From contig CBDCXR010000004.1 in the NCBI GenBank assembly GCA_965223845.1, positions 4,000,001 to 4,064,000 on the forward strand: DNA of 64,000 nt, given 5' to 3'. The DNA comes from Planctomycetota bacterium. GTDB taxonomy: Bacteria > Planctomycetota > UBA8108 > SXIK01. Made by a program: the position numbers and the translations under genes. Position 1 is the stretch's first letter. Every line of letters begins with the position of its first letter. The notes below the pieces were generated by a model. It worked only from the letters and a program-made list of their open reading frames with translations, searched no databases and had not been told where the DNA came from. Below, piece after piece: positions 17,703 through 27,171 of the stretch.

Positions 17703-20234
17703 ATGATCCGCCTCGGAACTTCGTTCTGCCTCGCGATATCGGCACTTCTTCTTGCCGGCTGCGCGAGTCAGCACTTGCTCGCTGTCAAAGATCGGGACAT
17801 TCGTGAGCTTCGGCTTCAAAACGGACGGAAGCAGGAGGCGCTCGTACGGAGCCTGAAGACCGCGGAGTCTCTCCGCGATCAAGTGGATACGCTCGAGTAC
17901 GAACGGCGAGAGCTGCAGCGAGAGGTGGCCAGCCTCAATACGTCCGTCGAGTTCCAGCGGCAGACGGCGGACCGGCTCGACGGGGAGAACACCCGTCTGC
18001 GGGGGAAGCTTCGCGAAGCGGAATTGACTCAGGAGCGACTGCGGCAGAGCCACGACGATCTGAAGAAGGTTCTCAATTCGACGGTGAAGCAGATCGCGCG
18101 CCCATCTCTCGGAGCCTCGCTCGGCGAGGGTGAACCCTGGGAGATCGGTCGTCTCCGCGCGCAACTGAACGAGCTCCGCGCGCAGCTCCTCCGCGAGCGC
18201 AAGCGCGCGCCGGCCGCCCTCGACAGCGCGGCCGGGACCGACTCCGTCGAGACACTGACGCGACTCGCGGCGTCGCCCGTCGCGAGAGGTGACTCCTCCC
18301 TCGTAGCGGTGACGAGAGCGCCATCGTCGACCCCGTCCTGGCTCTGGCCGGTGATCGCGATCGGTGGACTCGGTCTCGCGTTCGTCGCTCTATTCTCCGT
18401 GGTTCTGATCGTCGCCCTCCGGCGACAAACTCCCGTGGTCGTCGAAGGGCGGAGCTCGGTCGAGACGATCGCCGTGGAAACGCCCGGCGAGAGCGCCGCG
18501 GAGCCCGACCTCGCTCCAGAGCCCCCGATCGACCTTCCTACGGTCGATACCGAGGCAACCGCCGCCGAATTCGACGCCGCCTTCGAAGACGCGTTCGGCG
18601 GAAACGACGACGGCACCGGCCTTGCCGTCGCCCCGTCGACGGACGCTCAACCGGCGCAGGACTCGGAGTTCATCAACGTGAGTCCACTGCGCAGCGACGA
18701 CTCGGTCGGAGCGAGCGGCGGTGGCGGGTCGACCGGAATCAGCGGAGGGGTCGCGAGCAAGGAGGAAGTCGAAAGCGCGCTCGAGTCGAGCTGGGAGAGC
18801 ATCGTTCCGAACGAATCGGCGACGGAGAGCGAAACGGGTGAACGAAGCGATGCGCCCGAGCCTAGCTCTTCGCCGAGCGACGATTCTCCGAACGAAGACG
18901 CGGCGCTCAACGAGACGAGTGACGGTCGCCGGTCGTTCGACATGGTCGATACAAATCCGGCCGCGGAAGCGGAAGCAGAAGCGACCGCGTCCGACGGCGG
19001 CGCCGCACGGAGCTTCGCCGACGCGCTCGTCGACACCAGCCTCCAGGAGACCGCGCTGATGTCGACACTCGACTGGTCGGAGGACGACGGCACCGTCGAG
19101 ATGCGACCCGTCTCCGCACCTCCGCTCGAGGCTCGCGGCGCGACGCAGCTTCTCCCGGACCCCGAAGAGCACGAAGCGGCGATGGGGATCGGGGCCGCAC
19201 CGATTCCACCGGCACGCGAGATCGACGAGAGCGACGCCGAATTCTCCCACACTCAAGTGTTGCCGGAAGTTCCCGCGACGCCGGCGGATCCCGACGACCC
19301 TGAGTTCTCGTCGACGCAACTCCTTCCCGACGTCGACTCGAACGTCTTCAGTGGCGACGTGAACCCCGACGACGAAGAGTTCGCGTCGACGCAAGTCTTG
19401 CCGGAAATCGTGGCCGCGACGCTCGAGTCGGACCAACTCGAGGCGAGCGCTAGCGACGAACGCCCGGAAGATTTCTCGAGTACGCAAGAGTTGCCCGGAA
19501 TTTCGCCGGGCTATGCGACGGCTCCCGATCGCGAAGCGGTGCCGAGGGCACCCGGCGACGGAGCCACACCGGTGGCAGTGACGACAGAGGCAGACACTCG
19601 CATGGACGATCGCGAAACGAGCGAAGCAGCGGACGCGACCGCGGAGACATTCGAGCTCGACGAGCTGAGTCAGACGAAGACCGATGCGAACGACATCGTT
19701 CTCATCGCCGGCGAGGAGCCGGGAACACCGGTCGAGGGAGAAGGCGAAACGGTCGTCGCGGTCGACGAGCCAGAGGACGACGGCGAAGAATACTCCGTTC
19801 GCCTCCTCGACGACGCGACGGATGATGCGTCGCCGTGGTCGTCCGACGAGCTCCCCGACGTGGACGCCGTGCCGTCGCCCACCGGAGTGGTCGACGCCGA
19901 CTCCGAGCACCGCGAAGGGTCGCCACCGCTTCTCGACGAGTTTCAATCGACGCAGGTCCTCGACGATCAGGTGAGCGACGAGGCCGCCACTCGGTCGGAC
20001 ACGTCGCTTCTCGATGAATTCGCTCCTCTCGTCGACGATGTCCTGACCGAGACGCAGGTGATGGACGCAATCGATCTTCCGCTCCCGAGCGAATCTTCGC
20101 CGTCGACCGGCGACGAGTTCGCGCATACGGGGCTTCTCGGAGACACGAGCGCGTTCGCTCCCGACGGCCATGACGCCGCGGCGAGCCGCGAGCTCATCGA
20201 CGATCTCGAAGATCTCCTCGAGAAGGACCGCTGA
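17703..20234 (+). CDS. Lipoprotein with a coiled coil, one TM helix and a long acidic disordered tail (FimV/HubP-like architecture)
   Basis: Start ATG 17703; lipobox LLLAGC; heptad-rich region; TM WLWPVIAIGGLGLAFVALFSVVLIVALRR; D/E/P/S-rich tail with repeated EFxxTQxL. Confidence 0.75.
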   Translation: MIRLGTSFCLAISALLLAGCASQHLLAVKDRDIRELRLQNGRKQEALVRSLKTAESLRDQVDTLEYERRELQREVASLNTSVEFQRQTADRLDGENTRLRGKLREAELTQERLRQSHDDLKKVLNSTVKQIARPSLGASLGEGEPWEIGRLRAQLNELRAQLLRERKRAPAALDSAAGTDSVETLTRLAASPVARGDSSLVAVTRAPSSTPSWLWPVIAIGGLGLAFVALFSVVLIVALRRQTPVVVEGRSSVETIAVETPGESAAEPDLAPEPPIDLPTVDTEATAAEFDAAFEDAFGGNDDGTGLAVAPSTDAQPAQDSEFINVSPLRSDDSVGASGGGGSTGISGGVASKEEVESALESSWESIVPNESATESETGERSDAPEPSSSPSDDSPNEDAALNETSDGRRSFDMVDTNPAAEAEAEATASDGGAARSFADALVDTSLQETALMSTLDWSEDDGTVEMRPVSAPPLEARGATQLLPDPEEHEAAMGIGAAPIPPAREIDESDAEFSHTQVLPEVPATPADPDDPEFSSTQLLPDVDSNVFSGDVNPDDEEFASTQVLPEIVAATLESDQLEASASDERPEDFSSTQELPGISPGYATAPDREAVPRAPGDGATPVAVTTEADTRMDDRETSEAADATAETFELDELSQTKTDANDIVLIAGEEPGTPVEGEGETVVAVDEPEDDGEEYSVRLLDDATDDASPWSSDELPDVDAVPSPTGVVDADSEHREGSPPLLDEFQSTQVLDDQVSDEAATRSDTSLLDEFAPLVDDVLTETQVMDAIDLPLPSESSPSTGDEFAHTGLLGDTSAFAPDGHDAAASRELIDDLEDLLEKDR

Positions 20235-20258
20235 CACGGCGCCGATCCGAGCTCGGAT

Positions 20259-23200
20259 CTAACCCTGGCGCAACTCGCGACGCCCACCGTCGCCCGAGAA
20301 CCGCTCCCGGTACCGCCGCGGAACGTCGACGCGCAGCTCCTCGAGCAGGCGGCCACAGCTCGCCTGTTCGACCTCCGCCTCCTCGAGCCGGCCCCAGTTC
20401 CGGAGCAGAGCGCGCAGAAACATGTGGGAACGTAGCTCGAGGGGGCGGTAACCGAATCGCTTCGCCATCTTGGTCGCGACGCGAAGGCTCCTCTCCGCGT
20501 TCTCGCTCTCTTCAAGCGCCGCTTCGAACAGCCCGCGCGCGACTTGGAACCGGCAGCGAAGATAGGCGAGATCGAGCTTCTTCGCGAGGAAGGCCCCCTC
20601 CGTCAAATTGAGGAACGCCTGCTCCTCGTCGCGGTTCCGGAGCGCGAAGAGGCCGTACTCGAGATAGAGCCAGGCGAGGTCGCGCTCGCTGCCCTCGTCG
20701 CTGAAAAGATTCGTCGCCGTTTCGAACGTCCTTGCGGCGGCGTCGACTTGACCCTTCTTCGCGAAGAGTGCTCCTTCGAGCATCCGCGCTCGCCCTTCGA
20801 CGACGCGAAGCCCGTTTCGCGTTGCTACGTCGACGAGCCAGGTCAGATTGCGACGGACCTCGCCCTGGTCATCGAGAGCGTCGAAGATCTGGCCGCGGAG
20901 GAGAAGGACCGCACCGACGAGGCGAGGCTGCTTGCTCGTGAGCGCGTTCCTGAGCGCCTGATTGCACTTTTCGAGCGCACGATCAAAGTATCCCTGCTGA
21001 TACGACCACTCCCCTTGGAGATAGACCGACCAGCTCCGGGCGGCGGATAGAGGCCGGCGACGCCGAAGCGCGCGCTGTGCCTTGCGCACGTAGCGCTCGG
21101 CCGTCCCGGTGTCGCCGCGATCGGCGGAGGCCGCTCCGAGAGTCGAGTACGCGGCCTCGATGTACTCGAGATCACCGAGCCGGCGGCAAGCGTCGAGGAG
21201 TCGATCGATCGTGTGGCGTGAAGCTTCGTAGTCGCCCAGCCAACGCTCGACTTCGCCGAGCAACGAGAGCGCCGCGACGCGTCCGCGCAGATTTCCCGTC
21301 CGCTCGTACACGGCGAGGGCCTTCTCGACGTGAGGACGAGCACGTTGAGGACAGTCGAGTTCCGCCTCGACCCGTGCGAGCTCGAGAAGGCAGTCCGCCT
21401 GAGCGTCGTACGCTCTCTGCTCCCTGCGGAGGAGCAAGCTGAGTTGAAACTGCTTCAGCGCCTGCCGCAAGTTTCCGCGATAGCGGTAGTACCGTCCGCG
21501 GCAGAAGAGACTTTCCGCGAGGAGTTGATCGTCGCGCTGAGCGTCGAGAAGCCGGACGGCGCGTTGACAGCTCGCGGCGCTGCTGTCTCGATCGCCGAGC
21601 CGGTCGTAATTCTCCGCCGCGACGAGCTCGAGCTCCGCCCGGCGCGTCGCGTCTCCCTCGATCATATCGCCTGAGAAAGCCGCTCGACACGCGCGGAGAC
21701 TCGTGACGTTGCGTCCGCGGGCGAGCTCGAGCCACGCCCGCTCGGCTTCGAACTCGCTCTCGTCCCCCACGATCGCTTCCGTTTCGCTCCGCCGCGTTCG
21801 CGCGGCCAGAATCGCGTCGGCGTCGGCGAATCTGCCGAGCCGCGTTCGCGCGCGGAGCGCGTGGAGGTCGAGCTCGCGCTCGGTCGCCTCCCCGCCGGCC
21901 GTGCGCGAGAGCTGGAGCACACCAGCGTAGTCGCCGACGTGGAGGTAGAGTCTCGCCATCTCCCGCCTCACCTGCGTTTCGAGATCCTGTCGCCCCTTGG
22001 CGACGTCGAGCACGCGAGCGTACGTCTCGATCGCTTCTGAAACCGCGAACTCGGACGCGTAGGCGCGGGCCGCCTCGAGTCCGTAGGTCATCCCCTTCTC
22101 GCGCTGCTCGCACAAGAGGAAGTGCCGCGCGAGCTCCTTGTGGTGCACCCGTCCTTGGGCGAGGAAGTGCTCCTCGAGCAGCGCTCCGAGTCGGCGGTGG
22201 AGCGCGGCTCGCTTCTCCGGTTGGATCCTGCCGTAAAGCATCGACTTCGCCGTCTCGTGGACGAATCCCAGCTCCTCCTCCGCGGTCCGCCCGGCCGCTT
22301 CACGCAGGACTCCCTCCCTGAGGAGAGTCTTCTTGAGTCCGTCGATTGAAGCGGCTCGAAGTCCGGCGACCTGCCCGGCGACTTCGGGTACGCATACGTG
22401 CTGCATGCACGAGAGCGCGATCGCGAGGTGAAGCGCGTCGGTGGAGAGTCGCGAGAGACGCTCTTGGAGCTCGCGCCGGATCTTTCCCGGCAACTCGACG
22501 GATTCGAACTCGGGGTCTAGAACCCATCCCGAAGGGACTCGCGAGAGGAGTCCGCGCCGGAGTAGAAACGAGAGGATCTCCTGGACCGCGACGATGTTCC
22601 CGTCGCTCTCCTCGTAGAGCCGTCGCGCGAACACGCTCGGGAACCGTCCGCCCGGAAACGCCTGCCGGAGGAGCCGCCCGACGGTGCTCTCGTCGTGCCG
22701 GCGGAGAACGACCTCGAACACCTGAGCCTTCAGCCTTCGCTTGTTGCTGAGGCGCTCGAAGGGACCTCGCTCGACCCCCTCGCGCTCGCCGAGCGATCCC
22801 ACGACAAAAAGACGTCCCCCCTGAATCTGCTCCGAGGCCTGAGTCGCCACCAGCGTCTCGACGAAGCGCGTGAACGTCGCTCCGGCGAGCTCGAGGCGAG
22901 AGAAGCAGATGACAAGCGGAAGGTCGCGGCTCACCTCGACGAGTCCGCGCACGATGTCGAGAATCGCCCGCTGCACTCCCCGACTCCACTTGCCACCGCG
23001 GTCCGGAGCGGCGACTTCGAAGTGTTTTCCGCCGCGGTAAAACGTCGAGAGCCGAGCCCGCAGAGACGGCCAGACGAGTCGCGAAACATCGCTGACGATC
23101 CGACCGAGGGCGGCTTCATCCGAGTGGGGCTTCTCCGAGCAAGAGAACCGAAGGAATGGTATCCCACAAGTTTGGACGTGCATCCTCAGACGGTCGACGA

Positions 23201-24362
23201 GGAATCGCTTTCCCGATCCGCGTTCTCCGCGAAGAAGGAGGAATCGGCCGAGGGGCAACCCGACGCTCTGCTCGCCGACGTCATCTTCGTCGGGGGCGAC
23301 GATCGTCTCGAGGGTTTGCTCGTCGCTGACGCCACCCTGGACGCGTTCGGGCTGAACCGTGCAGGAGAAGACCTGCTTCATGTCGTCGAGCGCCCGCGTG
23401 CGTCCCGTGATCCAGACCGTGTCGAGATAGCTCGACAGCGTCGATTCGGTCTCGAGCGGCTCGTCGATTCCGAAGCTCGAGATCACAAACTGAAAGAACT
23501 CGAGGGCATTTTGAAATCGCTTCTCCGGAGTCTTTTCGATCAACCGCAGGATGCCGCGCGAGAGATCGAGCGGGAGATGGGGCGCAATCTCGATCGGAGG
23601 AATCGGCGGCACCTCGACATGACTCTTCAAGATCTCGAGGTTCGAGCCGCCGACGAACGGGGCGCGCCCGGTGACGAGCTGGTAGAGAACGATCCCGAGA
23701 GAATAGAGGTCCGTACGCTGATCCGTCGTGGATCCGAGGATCGTCTCCGGTGCGACGTAGTAGGGCGTCCCGATGATCTTCTTCCCGCCGTAAGACTTCG
23801 CGCGCTTGGCCAGCCCGAAGTCGATCAGCTTCGCGATCGCGGGATCCCGTTCCGGACGCCGCGGGTCGCCGGTGACGAGAATGTTCTCGGGCTTGATGTC
23901 GCCGTGGACGACGTCTCGGGAATGAACGAAGGCGAGCCCGCGGAGGACTTGCAGCAGGATGCGAAGGAACGACTGGAAATCCTCGGAGCGGGTCAGATTG
24001 AGGGCGTCCGTCGTTTCCTTCCAGTCGATTCCGTCGACGAACTCGGTCGTGAAGAAGAGGTCCCCCGAGGCCGCGTCCGTCCCGAAATCGTACGCCGCCG
24101 GGACGTTCGGGTGCTTGAGACAGCTCATCGCGACGAACTCGTTCCGCAGCGTCCGCACGGTGTTCGAGTCGATGCGGTCGCGCCGAACGCGCTTGAGGGC
24201 CACACGATGCTCGGACCGCGCGAGGTCGCGTACGAGGTAGACCGCTCCCATTCCGCCCTGGCCGAGGCAACGCTCGACGGCGTAGCGATCGTTGATCACC
24301 TCGAGGGCGGAGGGCGCAGGACCGACTGCCGGTGCGGCGGTTTCGATGAGAGGAGTCGTCAC
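20259..24362 (-). CDS. Ser/Thr protein kinase fused to a STAND-like NTPase domain and TPR repeats
   Basis: LGQGGMGAVY, VALK, HGDIKPEN, DFG, GTPYYVAPE, DLYSLG; P-loop-like GERGSGKR; C-terminal TPR helices. Confidence 0.92.
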   Translation of the reverse strand: MTTPLIETAAPAVGPAPSALEVINDRYAVERCLGQGGMGAVYLVRDLARSEHRVALKRVRRDRIDSNTVRTLRNEFVAMSCLKHPNVPAAYDFGTDAASGDLFFTTEFVDGIDWKETTDALNLTRSEDFQSFLRILLQVLRGLAFVHSRDVVHGDIKPENILVTGDPRRPERDPAIAKLIDFGLAKRAKSYGGKKIIGTPYYVAPETILGSTTDQRTDLYSLGIVLYQLVTGRAPFVGGSNLEILKSHVEVPPIPPIEIAPHLPLDLSRGILRLIEKTPEKRFQNALEFFQFVISSFGIDEPLETESTLSSYLDTVWITGRTRALDDMKQVFSCTVQPERVQGGVSDEQTLETIVAPDEDDVGEQSVGLPLGRFLLLRGERGSGKRFLVDRLRMHVQTCGIPFLRFSCSEKPHSDEAALGRIVSDVSRLVWPSLRARLSTFYRGGKHFEVAAPDRGGKWSRGVQRAILDIVRGLVEVSRDLPLVICFSRLELAGATFTRFVETLVATQASEQIQGGRLFVVGSLGEREGVERGPFERLSNKRRLKAQVFEVVLRRHDESTVGRLLRQAFPGGRFPSVFARRLYEESDGNIVAVQEILSFLLRRGLLSRVPSGWVLDPEFESVELPGKIRRELQERLSRLSTDALHLAIALSCMQHVCVPEVAGQVAGLRAASIDGLKKTLLREGVLREAAGRTAEEELGFVHETAKSMLYGRIQPEKRAALHRRLGALLEEHFLAQGRVHHKELARHFLLCEQREKGMTYGLEAARAYASEFAVSEAIETYARVLDVAKGRQDLETQVRREMARLYLHVGDYAGVLQLSRTAGGEATERELDLHALRARTRLGRFADADAILAARTRRSETEAIVGDESEFEAERAWLELARGRNVTSLRACRAAFSGDMIEGDATRRAELELVAAENYDRLGDRDSSAASCQRAVRLLDAQRDDQLLAESLFCRGRYYRYRGNLRQALKQFQLSLLLRREQRAYDAQADCLLELARVEAELDCPQRARPHVEKALAVYERTGNLRGRVAALSLLGEVERWLGDYEASRHTIDRLLDACRRLGDLEYIEAAYSTLGAASADRGDTGTAERYVRKAQRALRRRRPLSAARSWSVYLQGEWSYQQGYFDRALEKCNQALRNALTSKQPRLVGAVLLLRGQIFDALDDQGEVRRNLTWLVDVATRNGLRVVEGRARMLEGALFAKKGQVDAAARTFETATNLFSDEGSERDLAWLYLEYGLFALRNRDEEQAFLNLTEGAFLAKKLDLAYLRCRFQVARGLFEAALEESENAERSLRVATKMAKRFGYRPLELRSHMFLRALLRNWGRLEEAEVEQASCGRLLEELRVDVPRRYRERFSGDGGRRELRQG

Positions 24363-24679
24363 GGCGGAGAGAGCGGTGTCGCGGGTGGGCGGGCGGGCGC
24401 TCTATTCCAATCGGCGAAGCATCGACGCAGCTTTCGCTTCGAGCGACGCTGTCTCCCGCCTCGCGGGTAGCGATAACACGCGAGGCGAATCCTCGAGTGG
24501 GGCGACGAACCTCGGCTCGTTTCCACCCGGACTTCGTCGCGACGGAGCCGAGGCACCAGCGTCGACGCGGTCTTCAGTCGGTGCCGACGACTTCGCGAGC
24601 GGAGCGACTCGTCCACCAGACTCTGAGGCCAAGATCGCCGACCCCGGGGCGGCCGGCTCGAGCGCACCGGGAGAAAGGC

Positions 24680-25798
24680 CTACTCCTGCCGATCCGTGCG
24701 AGTTCCCGCCGCCACGATATCGGCCTCCGTGAACACCGCCCGCCGGAGAACGGTTCGCTCGTCGGAAGTGTAGACGAGGTGAACCCGTCCGTCGCTCGTC
24801 TGCACGGCCGTCGGGTACGCGAACGATCCGGGTCCGGTCGCGACATCGAGCCGGTGCGGGTAGCTCCGGTCGCCGTCGGAGGACATCGCGACTCTGAGTG
24901 GAGTCCGGTCGCTGAGGCTCGCGTTGTAGATGAGGAGAAGCCGTCCGGAACTGAGCCGGATGAATTCCACTGCCGCATTCGGATTCGGGAAGGAGGAGTC
25001 GACGCCGCGGGACCACGTCCGGCCGCCGTCCTTCGACTCCGATCGCACGATGCGACCGTCCGGTCGACCGTCGTATCCGCCTCCGCGACGGCAATAGGCC
25101 ACGAGATGGCCGGGCGACAGCTCGACAACGGCGGGCTGAATGTTGCCGATGCGCGAGCGGATGCGCGCACTTTCCGTCCAGCGCGCCCCATCCGGACTAA
25201 ATCGAAAGAAGAGCGAGGTGCTGTCGGGGCCGACGTTCTCCGTGTCGTGCCCGGTTTCGTGGTAGACCGGGAGCAGGTACTCGCCGCTCGCGAGGACGAT
25301 GGGACGGCTTCGCACCATCAGTCCTTGCTCGAGACTGATGAGAAACGGATCCGACCACGTCACCGCGTCGTCGTCGCTGAACTTCGCCTTGATCCTCGAT
25401 GTCGACCACGTCGCGCCGTAGCGCGTGATGAAGAAGAGCCAAACGCGTCCGTCCGGCGCCTGCCAGACGACTCCGTTCCCCTCGGACCGATGCGGAGTGT
25501 CCGCGACGACGACGGGAGCCGACCACTGTTTCGTCCCCCGAGCGAGCCGGGACGCGTAGACGGCGGTATCGTCGGCGTACTCGGCCGCCCCGCCGTAGAA
25601 GACGAGGAAGAGATCACCGCTCGCGAGCGCTGTGAACGAAGCGGGGTGCTTGTACTTCCCGCCCGGATCTTCCGGACCGAGCACCCGCTCGACGGTGACG
25701 TCCGCGTCGACGAGAGCGCCGACGGAACAGAGCGAGAACGCCCACAGTGCCATCGCGGCGCGATGGCTCGCCCGACCGGTGAACGCGCGCGATCTCAC
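24680..25798 (-). CDS. Exported sialidase-like BNR/Asp-box beta-propeller protein
   Basis: Asp boxes SDDDAVTW, SPDGARW, SKDGGRTW and SSDGDRSY; HPAS, NPNA, RTPL and AYP motifs of BNR_2 proteins. GTG 25798 overlaps the upstream stop. Confidence 0.85.
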   Translation of the reverse strand: MRSRAFTGRASHRAAMALWAFSLCSVGALVDADVTVERVLGPEDPGGKYKHPASFTALASGDLFLVFYGGAAEYADDTAVYASRLARGTKQWSAPVVVADTPHRSEGNGVVWQAPDGRVWLFFITRYGATWSTSRIKAKFSDDDAVTWSDPFLISLEQGLMVRSRPIVLASGEYLLPVYHETGHDTENVGPDSTSLFFRFSPDGARWTESARIRSRIGNIQPAVVELSPGHLVAYCRRGGGYDGRPDGRIVRSESKDGGRTWSRGVDSSFPNPNAAVEFIRLSSGRLLLIYNASLSDRTPLRVAMSSDGDRSYPHRLDVATGPGSFAYPTAVQTSDGRVHLVYTSDERTVLRRAVFTEADIVAAGTRTDRQE

Positions 25799-26823
25799 GG
25801 CTTGCTCCTCGACTGAGTGGGGAACGTGCGGGAGTGGTCGCGCGACGGCACGCTCACGGTGTAGCTCTTCCCGTCCCGAGCGACCGTGAGCAGCACCGGT
25901 TCCGCCGAACAATCCTCGTCCCAATTGGCGATGTGGTCGGGGAAGGTGTTCCCGCCGGGATCGCGAACGTTCCGGTGGAGCTGGTAGATCGCCTCGATGC
26001 TCGGGGTCGAACGAAGAGTCGAGACCGTCGCGGGCGCCGTCCCTTTTCGGGCCCCGTTGTTCATGATCGCGACCCGCGGTTTCACGCTCTTTACGAGCAC
26101 GGGGTTGTTGCTGCTCGAAAGACCGTGGTGATCGACCTGGTAGACGTCGACCTCACCGACGACGTTGATCGGACAGACAAGCTCTTTCTCGAGATTCCAC
26201 GTGAGGTCCGCGGCATCGAGAAAGCGAAACTCGCCGTACGAAAGGAGGAGAACCGTGCTGTTCGCGTTCTGGGATTCGTCCTTCGCCTTCTCTTCGTGCT
26301 CGCTGCAGATCGGGTTGGACGAGCTTCCCACTCCTCCGGACACGAACTTTTGCGCCGCCCCCAAGCACTGAAGTCTGAGCGGAGGACCGTCCGTCTGACG
26401 GAGCGAGATCTCGCTGCCCGGCTCGAGCACCGTGCGCTTTCCCTCCGCGGCGTTCCGGTAAGGAGCGATTCGGCGTGCGAGTCGCTCATTCCCTTCCGGA
26501 ATTCCGGGATCGTAGAACCGGCCGATCTCGACGCGCCGGGAGAGATCCGCCGCGCCGCCGTAGTGGTCGATGTCGAAGTGCGTGACGACGAGGTGGTCGA
26601 TTCGCTCAAGGCCGGCGGTCTCCTTCACAATGCGCTCGATGCGCGCGGGATCGCGTTCGCCGGGCATGCCGGTGTCGACGAGGACGGACTCCCCGGCCGG
26701 CGTCACGATCAGCGTCGCCGCGCCGCCTTCGACGTCGCACCAGAGGATTTGCAGCGGAGCATCGGCTCGGGCTACGGTCGCGATCCAAACGACCGCGAGG
26801 GTCCAACTCGGACGTAGTTTCAT
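25795..26823 (-). CDS. Exported MBL-fold metallo-hydrolase (ComEC/Rec2-like)
   Basis: DVEGGAATL, LVDTG, THFDIDHYGG and DHHG motifs; signal peptide from ATG 26823. Confidence 0.88.
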   Translation of the reverse strand: MKLRPSWTLAVVWIATVARADAPLQILWCDVEGGAATLIVTPAGESVLVDTGMPGERDPARIERIVKETAGLERIDHLVVTHFDIDHYGGAADLSRRVEIGRFYDPGIPEGNERLARRIAPYRNAAEGKRTVLEPGSEISLRQTDGPPLRLQCLGAAQKFVSGGVGSSSNPICSEHEEKAKDESQNANSTVLLLSYGEFRFLDAADLTWNLEKELVCPINVVGEVDVYQVDHHGLSSSNNPVLVKSVKPRVAIMNNGARKGTAPATVSTLRSTPSIEAIYQLHRNVRDPGGNTFPDHIANWDEDCSAEPVLLTVARDGKSYTVSVPSRDHSRTFPTQSRSKP

Positions 26824-27171
26824 GATTGGCTCTCCGGATGGGGGAAATCTAGTGCTCAAGAGCTCGTTAGAAAAGCAATCCGAGCGGAACCGGATCGATG
26901 GCGCTCCGATGAGCCGCGCCAGGCGCGGACACACCGTAGTGATCGAGCATCCATGCGGCCGAGCTGAGCGTGAAGGCGCTGCGTTCTCGGCCCACCGAGT
27001 TTCCCGAGCGGGCGGTCAGCATAGCCGACCGGAAGAGTCCGAAAAAGTCCGCAGAAACGACTCTCACACACGGAACGGGCGCGACAACTGCCGAAGGAGG
27101 AAGAAACCCGCTCGCCATCTTCAGGGGGCCGCGCGTGCGGGCAGCCCCGGATCACTCTCCTCGACGCCGGC

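Noticed and set aside
18390-20237. 615-aa minus-strand ORF (likewise 14565..16220, 22695..24470, 42691..44118 and 56535..57947)
   Set aside because: Antisense shadows of genes with clear motifs on the opposite strand.
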